Source of the DNA: a bacterium
GTDB lineage: Bacteria; Patescibacteriota; CPR2; UBA1875; CAIMLA01
NCBI GenBank assembly: GCA_037129835.1
Contig: JBAXUE010000004.1
Location: 25,638-89,637 of the forward strand
DNA length: 64,000 nucleotides
Reading direction: 5' to 3'
Shown here: piece after piece, positions 9,247 through 18,989 of the stretch
Numbering within the stretch: the first letter of the stretch is position 1
How the letters are laid out: each line of letters begins with the position of its first letter
Notes under the pieces: model-generated
The model's database searches: none
Told to the model about the DNA's origin: nothing
What the model saw: the letters and a program-made list of their open reading frames with translations, nothing else
Position numbers and translations under genes: made by a program

Positions 9247-10497
9247 TTAAATGTTTAATTCTGCTATTGGTTGGTCCGACCTGGCAACTTGATTTTCAGT
9301 CGGGGCACTAGTGGGAATTGTCGTCGTTGCTTGTGTTACAATCTGCGGACTTTGTGTTACCGGTGATTCTGTTGCCGTATCGGCTGGATTTACAGAAGTT
9401 CCAGGAGAGACATTTTCTAGATCTGGTTTCTTAATGTTGGCCAGATTTTCTTTTAATTTTGCCAGCAATTCCTCATCACTGGTAGGTTGTCCGCCAGGAT
9501 ATTGTATTTGGAAGGAGTTTGAATTGTCAGTTGCTACTGGTGACATTTCCGACTTAACTGGTTCACTCAAACTGCTTGCCGAAACATTTGTGGTAGTTTC
9601 CGGTGGAGGTTGAATCACTTGTTCTTGTGTGTTCTGTGGAGTTACCTCAGAATTACTGTTGTGCGTTATAATGCCGGGTGCTACTGTACTGCTTGACACT
9701 CCGGCTGTTTCTGAAATAATTGCTGGTGCCGCCGTTCCTGTCTCTTCAGTCACTGCAGTGGTCGGTACTAGAATATTTAATTCAGGCTGGCCTTCAATAG
9801 GCTGTATCGGCGGGGTTTCTACTATCGGTTCTGGGACTACTTCTGCGGGGACACTTGCCACCGCTTCGGCCGTTTCTACTACTGGTGGAACTAAACCATC
9901 TGTCTGGGGATTATCCAGAACCACTATCGGTGCTTCCTCGTTTTGCGTTTCTACAGTAACTAACTCAGGTGCAGTGGCACCTCCGGGTATAACATTGTCA
10001 ACTACGGCCCAGCTGGCTTCGTGTTCTTTAGGGATAATGACAGTGACCGCATCTCCTGCAGTTGCTTTATAAAAAGTTACACTAGCTGTGAGTACCTTAT
10101 AGCTCTTACCACCGGCATTTACCGCAAAAGTACCGTCTTCGGCGAGTACCAGAGTTCCGGCGACGCTTTGTCTCTCTACTGGCTGGATTTGTTTGAAGAC
10201 ATAGCTACCGTCAGCGACGATCGTGAGTTTAAGCACATCACCTTCTACTAGCTTTGACTTCGAAGCATAATTTGGTGGGATCTGATATGTTTGGCCATCA
10301 TTTCCGACCATCTCAGAACCATTAAAGACACCCTCGATAACTGCTTCCTCGGGTGGTGTTAAGTTTTCTAATACTTTTTTTGTATCTTTTTCTGGCTTAT
10401 TTTCGCCTATATATTTTCGTAATAAATTTCTTGCTGAATGTAAATTGCCCTCTGCGCTATCGAGTAGCTTCTGTATCTGACGAATACTATCGTCCAT
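9247..10497 (-). CDS. Hypothetical protein: conserved N-terminal beta-rich domain plus long P/T/E/V/S-rich disordered tail
   Basis: 416 aa ORF with AGGAGG SD. N-terminal IEGVFNG..M...G..Y..PPNYASKSKLVEGD.LKL motif, low-complexity C-terminal half. Confidence 0.75.
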   Translation of the reverse strand: MDDSIRQIQKLLDSAEGNLHSARNLLRKYIGENKPEKDTKKVLENLTPPEEAVIEGVFNGSEMVGNDGQTYQIPPNYASKSKLVEGDVLKLTIVADGSYVFKQIQPVERQSVAGTLVLAEDGTFAVNAGGKSYKVLTASVTFYKATAGDAVTVIIPKEHEASWAVVDNVIPGGATAPELVTVETQNEEAPIVVLDNPQTDGLVPPVVETAEAVASVPAEVVPEPIVETPPIQPIEGQPELNILVPTTAVTEETGTAAPAIISETAGVSSSTVAPGIITHNSNSEVTPQNTQEQVIQPPPETTTNVSASSLSEPVKSEMSPVATDNSNSFQIQYPGGQPTSDEELLAKLKENLANIKKPDLENVSPGTSVNPADTATESPVTQSPQIVTQATTTIPTSAPTENQVARSDQPIAELNI

Positions 10498-10541
10498 ATC
10501 CCCTCCTAGTTTTTTTTGTTTTTGTTTTTGTTTATTCTATT

Positions 10542-11702
<1,161 letters not shown>

Positions 11703-11754
11703 TTAAATTACGATTATTTTATATACTATAGATTAAATATGGTAAAATCGTCAT

Positions 11755-12378
11755 ATGAAGAAAATAAATGTCCAGAAAATACTAGATAATATTATCGCAA
11801 AGGTTTTCTTTCGTTTTATCCCCCACTCTCTGAAACCAAATTTTTTCAGTTATGCCAGATTGGTCATGGCGCCCTTTGTTTATCTACTATTGCATACTAA
11901 TCACATCTACTCAGCTACGATCCTGCTATTCGTCGCCATCTGTACTGATTTTATCGATGGAGCGCTAGCCAGGAAGAGGGACCAGATTACAGAGCTCGGC
12001 AAAATACTCGACCCGGTTGCTGACAAAACTCTCATCCTCGCAGTACTGATATTTATCGGTTTCAAATATTGGATTGTTTGGGTATTTACGATCTTTATTA
12101 TCTTGGAAATGGTGGCGGTCGTTAGCGGCGCTCTACTATCAAAGTATCTCGGCAGACCGCTCGGTGCTAGCGTTTTTGGAAAGATCAAAATGATACTTCA
12201 AAGCGTCAGTGTAATGCTTTTTATCCTGGGATTCTTGATGTTAAATGAAGATATCATTATATTCTCGGAAAATGTACTAATATTAGCCTTTGCTTTCGCT
12301 ATTATCGCCGGGCTTGATGTGGCCAGAAGAAAACTTATATATCTTAAGAAGAATACTTCGCTGAAAGATCTACCATAA
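11755..12378 (+). CDS. CDP-alcohol phosphatidyltransferase (PgsA-like)
   Basis: TDFIDGALARKRDQITELGKILDPVADK matches the D-x2-DG-x2-AR-x7-G-x3-D-x3-D family motif. Confidence 0.9.
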   Translation: MKKINVQKILDNIIAKVFFRFIPHSLKPNFFSYARLVMAPFVYLLLHTNHIYSATILLFVAICTDFIDGALARKRDQITELGKILDPVADKTLILAVLIFIGFKYWIVWVFTIFIILEMVAVVSGALLSKYLGRPLGASVFGKIKMILQSVSVMLFILGFLMLNEDIIIFSENVLILAFAFAIIAGLDVARRKLIYLKKNTSLKDLP

Positions 12379-12389
12379 ATATAAAATGT

Positions 12390-12464
12390 TGTCATCCTTA
12401 CGAAAGTGAGGATAACCTTCGGAGGGTACGGGAGAGATCCCTGGGTTTGTGACCAGGGATGACA
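12390..12464. repeat. REP-like palindromic element (TGTCATCC...GGATGACA termini, two internal hairpins)
   Basis: Terminal inverted repeat TGTCATCC/GGATGACA. Hairpins ATCCTTAC-GAAA-GTGAGGAT and ATCCCTGG-GTTTGTGA-CCAGGGAT. The right-hand motif recurs at 18931-18958. Confidence 0.6.
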
Positions 12465-12482
12465 AAAGTAAGTATTGTCTAA

Positions 12483-12520
12483 AATAAAAAGACCCAAGAT
12501 TATTCAAGGGTCCTTTTATT
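12483..12520 (-). terminator. Intrinsic (probably bidirectional) terminator of rplJL
   Basis: AATAAAAAGACCC-loop-GGGTCCTTTTATT inverted repeat between convergent genes. Confidence 0.65.
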
Positions 12521-12536
12521 TATAGATACTGTCTGA

Positions 12537-13109
12537 TTATTGAAGTTCTACAGATGCACCAGCTTCTACTAGTTTAGCTTTTGCAGCTTCTGCGTCTTCT
12601 TTCTTCATGTTCTCTTTTACTGTTGCTGGAGCGCCGTCTACGAGGTCTTTAGCCTCTTTTAGACCGAGCTCAGGAAGTACTTCACGTACAGCCTTGATAA
12701 CAGAAATCTTGTTGCTACCCGCTGCAGTTATAACAACATTGTACTCTGATTTCTCTTCAGCAGCTTCTGGAGCAGCGCCACCAGCGGCAGGCATAGCACC
12801 CATCATCATTGGAGCAGCAGCTGAAACACCGAAACGGTCCTCAAGTGCCTTTACAAGCTCAGAAAGCTCAAGAACGCTCATATCTTCGATAGATTTGATA
12901 AGTTCTTTGAATTTACCACTTGGAGCAGCCTTTTCCTTGTCCGGCATAGCTTTAGCGACGTCGGATTCTTTTTTAGGTTCTGCAACAACTTCTTTTACTT
13001 CTTTGACGGCCTCAGCAGCTTCTGCAACTGCCTCTTTTGCCTCTTCTACAGCTTCTGTAGCAGCTTCAACCGCTTCAGTAACTTCTTCTGTCTTTACATC
13101 ATCTGACAT
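12537..13109 (-). CDS. rplL: 50S ribosomal protein L7/L12 with N-terminal acidic heptad-repeat extension
   Basis: [47 protein letters not shown]. Directly downstream of rplJ, with AGGAG SD before the extended start. Confidence 0.96.
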   Translation of the reverse strand: MSDDVKTEEVTEAVEAATEAVEEAKEAVAEAAEAVKEVKEVVAEPKKESDVAKAMPDKEKAAPSGKFKELIKSIEDMSVLELSELVKALEDRFGVSAAAPMMMGAMPAAGGAAPEAAEEKSEYNVVITAAGSNKISVIKAVREVLPELGLKEAKDLVDGAPATVKENMKKEDAEAAKAKLVEAGASVELQ

Positions 13110-13120
13110 ATTAGTCTCCT

Positions 13121-13642
13121 TTACTTTGTTTCTTTAATAGAATTTAATACATTTACCAAACCACGGATATTGCCACTAAGAACATTTACCATACCAGACA
13201 TTGGTGAAGCAAGTGTTCCTACTAGCTTAGCGTATAGCTGTTCTCTAGTAGGCAGGCTAGCCAGAGATTTGACCATAATATCGCTAATTTGTTTGCCTTC
13301 TAAAATACCGCCAACTATGGTCAACTTATCATTCTTTTTTGAATAATCATAAGTGACTCTAGCTGGTGCTACCTCATCATCGGCTGCAAAAGCAGCGGCA
13401 ACTGGATGATTCTGGATCAGGTCTTTATCGATTTCAATCCCTGCATCTTTTGCAGCGAGTGAAAATAAAGTGTTTTTGATTACTTTGTACTCAATACCTT
13501 GGGCACGTAAATTGTTACGAACTTCATCAATCTCTTCTACAGTAAGACCGCTATAATCAGTAAGTACGACTGACTTCGCATTTCTTAGCTTTTCTGAGAG
13601 TTCTGCAACTCGTGTTTCTTTGACTTCGCGTGTAATCGCCAT
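13121..13642 (-). CDS. rplJ: 50S ribosomal protein L10
   Basis: [31 protein letters not shown]. Confidence 0.97.
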   Translation of the reverse strand: MAITREVKETRVAELSEKLRNAKSVVLTDYSGLTVEEIDEVRNNLRAQGIEYKVIKNTLFSLAAKDAGIEIDKDLIQNHPVAAAFAADDEVAPARVTYDYSKKNDKLTIVGGILEGKQISDIMVKSLASLPTREQLYAKLVGTLASPMSGMVNVLSGNIRGLVNVLNSIKETK

Positions 13643-13674
13643 TTTTTTTCTCCTAATTCAGGTGAATATTGTCG

Positions 13675-13840
13675 ACCCCTGTCCGGCTTTCGACGGACAA
13701 TAAAAAATCTTCGATTTCTCGAAGACATATCCTGTCCTGCATAGCGCAGCGACGTTGGATGGAATAAAATCATAATAGTTATGCGTTTTATCCCCTAGGT
13801 AGCAGATTAAGGCTCGCGCCAGCTACTGTCTCCGGAAATT
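13675..13840 (-). promoter_or_regulatory. L10 (rplJ) leader RNA with terminator-like hairpin
   Basis: Minus strand CCGGAGACAGTAG...CTTAATCTGCTACCTAGGGG resembles the L10-leader core. Downstream TCTTCGA-GAAA-TCGAAGA-TTTTTT hairpin (13702-13726). Confidence 0.75.
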
Positions 13841-13848
13841 ACTTACAT

Positions 13849-13877
13849 ATTTTAGCAAAATTCTAGTTGAGTGTCAA
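13849..13877 (-). promoter_or_regulatory. Sigma70-type promoter of rplJL
   Basis: TTGACA-17 nt-TAAAAT on the minus strand. Confidence 0.75.
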
Positions 13878-13897
13878 CATCTGAAGAATCTAGAAAA

Positions 13898-14575
13898 TCA
13901 CTTACAATATCTAATCATTAATCTGTCTTCATTTGTTGGTATAGTAGTCAGTATCTCGGGTCCTTCAGGATACATTATTGAGGTCTTTTCTTTTGCGTGC
14001 ACTCTTGTTTTTGAATGACCTAATTCATGCATCAGCAAAACTTCCAAGTCTTTGTCTCCATCATATGCATAGACAGTTATTACAGATGAAGATTGATTAA
14101 TATATTTGTTAGCTCCTAAGCCGTCTTTTTCGGAAAATCCTACAAGATTAATCGCTTCGCTATATATCTTTTTTTTCTCTGGGGAAGTTTCTTTACTTAA
14201 TAACATCAGTTCATCAATAAGCTTTTCTTCGCTCATAAATTTGAAACCGAGTACCGAGAGTTTCTGTCTGTTAGCATCTCTTGTCTCCTGTCTATCGTCG
14301 TAAACAAAATTAATCTTTGTAGAGCCTGTTTCTTCGTAGATATATTGTTCTCTTCCAGTAGTATCGTCCCAATTTTTACCAGCTTTTTTGGCTATCGAAA
14401 CTATCTTGTCTCGGTCTAAATTAAATCTAGGATCAATCGTGCCTATGGAGTATTTCACGGGAGGTTTGCAATATTTACTGTCATAAAGATAGTTACGAAG
14501 TATCTTTTGAGCGAGGAAAAGGAATAACAATGTAAATAAAACAAAAAATAATATATTCCATGTTTTACGTGTCAT
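13898..14575 (-). CDS. Membrane-anchored matrixin/metzincin zinc metalloprotease
   Basis: HELGHSKTRVH zinc motif and SIMYP Met-turn, with an N-terminal TM helix. Start re-assigned to MTRKTW (14575). Confidence 0.75.
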   Translation of the reverse strand: MTRKTWNILFFVLFTLLFLFLAQKILRNYLYDSKYCKPPVKYSIGTIDPRFNLDRDKIVSIAKKAGKNWDDTTGREQYIYEETGSTKINFVYDDRQETRDANRQKLSVLGFKFMSEEKLIDELMLLSKETSPEKKKIYSEAINLVGFSEKDGLGANKYINQSSSVITVYAYDGDKDLEVLLMHELGHSKTRVHAKEKTSIMYPEGPEILTTIPTNEDRLMIRYCK

Positions 14576-14589
14576 ATATTTTAGAATTA

Positions 14590-14778
14590 TTACTCTTCTG
14601 TTTTCGTTTTCTTTTTTGCTATTAATTGTATTATCCATATCAGAGTAAATAGTATAGCAGCTATATTTATTGCTGCATAAACCGTACTGAATATTAATCC
14701 TTGATAATATTGGGTTATTATCATACAACCGAAATACATCACCCAAAGCAGTAGAACTGTAACGCCACTAATCTTCAT
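14590..14778 (-). CDS. Small two-TM hypothetical membrane protein
   Basis: 62 aa, AAGGAG SD, two hydrophobic segments and a basic tail. Confidence 0.6.
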   Translation of the reverse strand: MKISGVTVLLLWVMYFGCMIITQYYQGLIFSTVYAAINIAAILFTLIWIIQLIAKKKTKTEE

Positions 14779-14789
14779 ATATCTCCTTT

Positions 14790-15320
14790 CTAATGTGATA
14801 TATCTTCAATATTTATATCCTCTTGAGTAATCTCTTCCTGCTTGAAAGCACTTTTGGGTGGCATATTTTCATTAATTAATTCGCCCGCTAATTCTTCGTT
14901 TAGGTTCCAGTATCTATTTGCATGTTGCATGATCAACTCTAATCCTTCGGCTGTATTCAGCCAATCAAAATAATCTATAAATTGTTTACCATCTGCTATT
15001 TTAGAGATACCATTTAATACATAGCTTCTAGCATTGTTCATAGCATCTACGTCTGTATGATCTAACCCCACCTTTATTGGGAGAATAGTACCGTTACTAT
15101 AATCTAAATCTTCGTGTTTTTCTCCCATGGCGTACTTGGGTTTTGCGTCTAGATTAATATCATTGTTATTTAGCATTAATTTATATAATGCTATTTGGGT
15201 TTCTCTGTATCTATAATGAATTGCCAGAGGCGATTTTGATACTTTATTTTTTAATATATAAATATAGCTCAATAGGGTACCAATTCTCACCACATTTTTT
15301 GGATTTTTTTTGTTGTCCAT
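14790..15320 (-). CDS. Hypothetical protein with acidic C-terminal tail
   Basis: 176 aa ORF ending EEITQEDINIEDISH. Confidence 0.6.
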   Translation of the reverse strand: MDNKKNPKNVVRIGTLLSYIYILKNKVSKSPLAIHYRYRETQIALYKLMLNNNDINLDAKPKYAMGEKHEDLDYSNGTILPIKVGLDHTDVDAMNNARSYVLNGISKIADGKQFIDYFDWLNTAEGLELIMQHANRYWNLNEELAGELINENMPPKSAFKQEEITQEDINIEDISH

Positions 15321-15339
15321 AAAGTCATTATATCATAAC

Positions 15340-15365
15340 AAAAAAAAGGCTTATAAAAGCCTTTT
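15340..15365 (-). terminator. Intrinsic terminator downstream of the zinc-ribbon genes
   Basis: AAAAGGCTT-ATAA-AAGCCTTTT hairpin followed by a T run on the minus strand. Confidence 0.6.
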
Positions 15366-15421
15366 AAATATCATGGTGAACGTAATTTAGTATTTTGTGC
15401 TCAAGAGAGTTCTGAAATTAT

Positions 15422-16162
15422 TTAGTTCGTACAGGAACTTTCTGGCATTATTATCATCCACTTGTCACCGTTCTCATCTGTGGTCAGCATAATACCGTCA
15501 GTGTTCTTTTCACTATCAACAAGGTGGACATGACCGCCTTTTGGAAAATTGATGGTTTTTGGCACAGCATTGACAAAGTCAGCAGTAAGCGTATAAACAG
15601 CATCATAATTCTTTGTTACGGTAACAGACACGTTCTTTTTTGTTATAGATAGACAGTTTGTATTAGGTATTAGACCAATTCCTGGCAGGAAACTACCGAC
15701 GAAAGAAAGAAACAAAAAAACTATAAATCCCCCAATAAGTACTAGTGTGAAGGTGCAGAGCCCTATATAATAAATCAGGTATAAAAACTTACGCCATACA
15801 GGCCAATCTACATTGTATTTATACATATTTTTAAAAAAGTTATCAAATTTACCCATCTTAACTGGTGCTTCTACACTTTTGTTAGGAGCTTCTTCGGTGG
15901 GGTCTTCTCTAATAACTGATTTAAACCAATTATCAACGTCTACTTCCTTGTGTTTATTAGCAGCCGGAAGTGCTATTATTGTTGCGATTTCTTTTGGTTT
16001 AACATGGGGAATATCTAAATTGCAATCACTAAAACTAGAGTCTGACACTTCGTTCTTTTTTGTCTGACCATTAGCTGTTTTGGAATCATGAACTTCGGTA
16101 CCACAATTTTTGCAGTACTTTGAATTAGAATCAATTTCTTTACCACAGTTTGAACAAAACAT
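15422..16162 (-). CDS. Zinc-ribbon domain membrane protein
   Basis: MFCSNCGKEIDSNSKYCKNCG, a central TM helix and a C-terminal beta-rich domain. Confidence 0.75.
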   Translation of the reverse strand: MFCSNCGKEIDSNSKYCKNCGTEVHDSKTANGQTKKNEVSDSSFSDCNLDIPHVKPKEIATIIALPAANKHKEVDVDNWFKSVIREDPTEEAPNKSVEAPVKMGKFDNFFKNMYKYNVDWPVWRKFLYLIYYIGLCTFTLVLIGGFIVFLFLSFVGSFLPGIGLIPNTNCLSITKKNVSVTVTKNYDAVYTLTADFVNAVPKTINFPKGGHVHLVDSEKNTDGIMLTTDENGDKWMIIMPESSCTN

Positions 16163-16166
16163 CGAT

Positions 16167-16919
16167 TTACTCCGGATATCTCTTGAAACAATAATTTAGA
16201 TCTTCGTCTGAGATTGCATTATTGTTATCTATGCCATCATTATTTTCCGGCCCATCATAAAAATCTATACAGCCCTGGTAGTCCCTTCTGTAATCATTGG
16301 GATCTGTGGGGTCTGATGGATAGGTTGGCTTATTATTAAGTAATAACCAAAATCCCCATAGATTGAGAGCAACGAATAGCGCCAACAATATCGCTGAAAT
16401 TATTTGGACTATTCGTAGTACACGACTTCTATCAATAGCTACTTGAGAGATTGGTACGCCTACAATATTCCAAAAGCTTATTTTTGTTTCATCCTTAGGA
16501 CCATACTTGTTATTTTCATCTACCGAACGTCCTAGCATAATTATAGCAACCCATAAACCCACTATTGGAACGAGTACTAAAAGAGAGTACCATCCTGACT
16601 TATTTATATCGTGAAGTCTTCGGACAAAATTATAGAAAATACAAGCAGCTAAGTATATTAGAATCACATTTATGATAGTGTTGGGGATAGGGTCTATGCC
16701 AGAGAATCTACCAATAATATAGTTTTGGAATGACACTAATACAAAAGATGATAGGCCAAAGACTAGGCCTGATATTATGTATCTTTTTCTATTCATTCTT
16801 TTAGAAAAAGTAACCGAAGTGTTTTTAGGAATCTCTTCTTTGCCCTTTATGCGAAAACCGCAGTTCACACAATATTTATTACTCGCGTCTAATTCATTAC
16901 CACACTTTGAACAAAACAT
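16167..16919 (-). CDS. Zinc-ribbon plus DUF805 membrane protein
   Basis: MFCSKCG...YCVNCG; RMNRKRY, VRRLHDINKSGW and NKYGP are DUF805 signatures. Confidence 0.8.
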   Translation of the reverse strand: MFCSKCGNELDASNKYCVNCGFRIKGKEEIPKNTSVTFSKRMNRKRYIISGLVFGLSSFVLVSFQNYIIGRFSGIDPIPNTIINVILIYLAACIFYNFVRRLHDINKSGWYSLLVLVPIVGLWVAIIMLGRSVDENNKYGPKDETKISFWNIVGVPISQVAIDRSRVLRIVQIISAILLALFVALNLWGFWLLLNNKPTYPSDPTDPNDYRRDYQGCIDFYDGPENNDGIDNNNAISDEDLNYCFKRYPE

Positions 16920-16964
16920 AATGGTTCCTATTTAATATTAACTACATTATAGCACCAAGAAGCC

Positions 16965-17309
16965 TTAATTTGTTGCCTTTTTAATTATACTTCTCATTTC
17001 AATAAATTTATTCTCGACCCCCTGGCAAAAGAATTCTCCGCAAACTGCAGGTCTATTCTTGTGGATACTGCATTTCTTATCCTTGAGATAGATACAGCTT
17101 CCGTCCGTCTTTTGCTTTAGAAATATCGCACCAGCTTCTTCGACTTCAGCAAAAGTGTCGAATGTAACAATATCATCAAATACGGTTTGGTATTTTCCTG
17201 AAAAGTATTCTTCTTCATTGAGATTAATCAAAAAGAGCTTACAACAAAGCCCACACATAGAACATGTTGGTGTGGGCTTTTTGTTATTAATAGTTTTATT
17301 CATAGACAT
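16965..17309 (-). CDS. YkgJ family cysteine-cluster (CxxCxxCC) protein
   Basis: CSMCGLCC...CIYL...CSIHKNRPAVC..F.C. Confidence 0.85.
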   Translation of the reverse strand: MSMNKTINNKKPTPTCSMCGLCCKLFLINLNEEEYFSGKYQTVFDDIVTFDTFAEVEEAGAIFLKQKTDGSCIYLKDKKCSIHKNRPAVCGEFFCQGVENKFIEMRSIIKKATN

Positions 17310-17321
17310 AGTCTAGTGAAA

Positions 17322-18548
17322 TTATTCTACAAATGTAAGAGCTATACCGGTGCTGTGACCTCTGCCAGTACGACCGATACGATGAACGTAGTCATCATAG
17401 GTCTTAGGAGTAGTGTAGTTGATCACGTGACTGACGTCTTTGATATCTAGACCACGAGCAGCGACATCGGTAGCAACAAGGATCTTTACTCTCTCGTCCT
17501 TGAAGTCCTTGAGGGCCTTTTGTCTCTGTCCTTGTCTCTTATCACCATGGATGGATTCGGCGCTGAAACCTCGTTGAGCAAGTTCAACAGCAAGTTTCTC
17601 TACATCTCTCTTGGTTTCTGAGAAGATAAGGACTTTGTCCATACCAGCTTCGCCAAGAATTTCTTGGAGTTTAGCCATTTTCTCATGTCTTGCGACTTTG
17701 ACAACTGACTGCTCGACATTTTCTGCTGTTTGACGGCTAGAAACCTTGATAGTTACAGGGTTTTTTGCAAAGCTCTCTGTGAGACGAGCAATCTTCTCTG
17801 GCATAGTAGCGGAGAAGAACAGACTCTGTCTCTCGGCAGGAACCTTTGATAAGAAATATCTGATTTCATCTACAAATCCCATGTCTAGCATACGATCTAC
17901 TTCGTCTAGAACAACATTATTGAAAGTAGAAAAGTTGATAAATCCTCTATCGGCAAGGTCTTTGATACGACCAGGAGTACCGATAACGAAATCTTGACGC
18001 ATCTTGAGTGAGCCAATCTGTTTTCCTATAGGTAGTCCGCCAACACATGAGGTATAAAATATTTTCATTCCCCAAGAGAATTGACGAAGCTCAGCCTCTA
18101 TCTGAAGCGCTAGCTCACGGGTAGGAGCGATAATAAGCGCCTTCTGAGTACGATCTTGGTAAATCTTATTAATAAGTGGGAGCAAAAAGGCCGCAGTCTT
18201 ACCTGTACCAGTGTTTGCAAGCCCGATGATGTCTCTACCAGCCATAATAGGCTCAATAGCTTGATCCTGAATAGGAGTAGGTATCACGTATTCACGCTTA
18301 GCTACGTTCTCAGCAAGAGGTTCAACAAAACCAAAATCGGTAAACTTGTGATTGATTACTACTTCTTTTACTGGAGCACCATCTTTTATGGCATTCTTTT
18401 GTATAAATGCATTGATATCGATCTTACTATCGGCTTTGCCTCTAGAGTTTCGATTTGGCCCAAAAGTCCTGTTGTTACCACGACTCCTGAAGCTACTTTG
18501 TGAGTTCTTTTTAATAAAACTATTTTTGGCAGTTCTAATATTCTGCAT
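17322..18548 (-). CDS. DEAD-box RNA helicase
   Basis: PTPIQ, TGTGKT, PTRELA, TPGR, DEVD, SAT, TDVAARGLD, HRIGRTGR. Start MQNIR at 18548 has an AAGGA SD; track start is 18599. Confidence 0.95.
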   Translation of the reverse strand: MQNIRTAKNSFIKKNSQSSFRSRGNNRTFGPNRNSRGKADSKIDINAFIQKNAIKDGAPVKEVVINHKFTDFGFVEPLAENVAKREYVIPTPIQDQAIEPIMAGRDIIGLANTGTGKTAAFLLPLINKIYQDRTQKALIIAPTRELALQIEAELRQFSWGMKIFYTSCVGGLPIGKQIGSLKMRQDFVIGTPGRIKDLADRGFINFSTFNNVVLDEVDRMLDMGFVDEIRYFLSKVPAERQSLFFSATMPEKIARLTESFAKNPVTIKVSSRQTAENVEQSVVKVARHEKMAKLQEILGEAGMDKVLIFSETKRDVEKLAVELAQRGFSAESIHGDKRQGQRQKALKDFKDERVKILVATDVAARGLDIKDVSHVINYTTPKTYDDYVHRIGRTGRGHSTGIALTFVE

Positions 18549-18661
18549 GTTTTTCCTTTCGCCGACTTTTGTCGGTTTAATTGTTTTAATCTTTCTCATT
18601 CGTCTCTAGAACATCGAAAGATTTAAAACTTCGGAAATCTACAGAACAAATTTATTGTACA

Positions 18662-18690
18662 ATTATATAGTTAATTTGAGTTCTTGTCAA
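18662..18690 (-). promoter_or_regulatory. Consensus sigma70 promoter of the DEAD-box helicase operon
   Basis: TTGACA-17 nt-TATAAT on the minus strand. Confidence 0.8.
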
Positions 18691-18930
18691 TACTAATAAT
18701 AGTGATTGATAAAACTTCCACATTGGCATGCCTTACGAAAAATCGCTTTGGTACCATGTACCCGACTATCTACGAGGTCGAGTAATTATTGGTTACAAAA
18801 TTACGAACCGAGTAGAGGGAGATCGATTTTTCTTGAACTTAACTCCATTTTCTTTCAAGAGAAAATGGATAAGAAAAAATAGTTAACACATATTTATAGT
18901 TCTCGATAATACTCGAACAATAATAAGAAG

Positions 18931-18980
18931 GAGATCCTGAAATAAATTCAGGATGACAGAGAGATTGGTTTAGAATGACA
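18931..18980. repeat. REP-like palindrome half-element plus a degenerate tandem copy
   Basis: GAGATCCTGAA-ATAAA-TTCAGGATGACA followed by GAGATT...AATGACA. Same flanks as the right half of the 12390-12464 element. Confidence 0.55.
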
Positions 18981-18989
18981 AAAATTTAT

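Noticed and set aside
14576-14746. N-terminal extension of the 282-aa matrixin ORF
   Set aside because: It overlaps a 62-aa ORF that has a strong SD. MTRKTW followed by a TM helix is the more plausible start.
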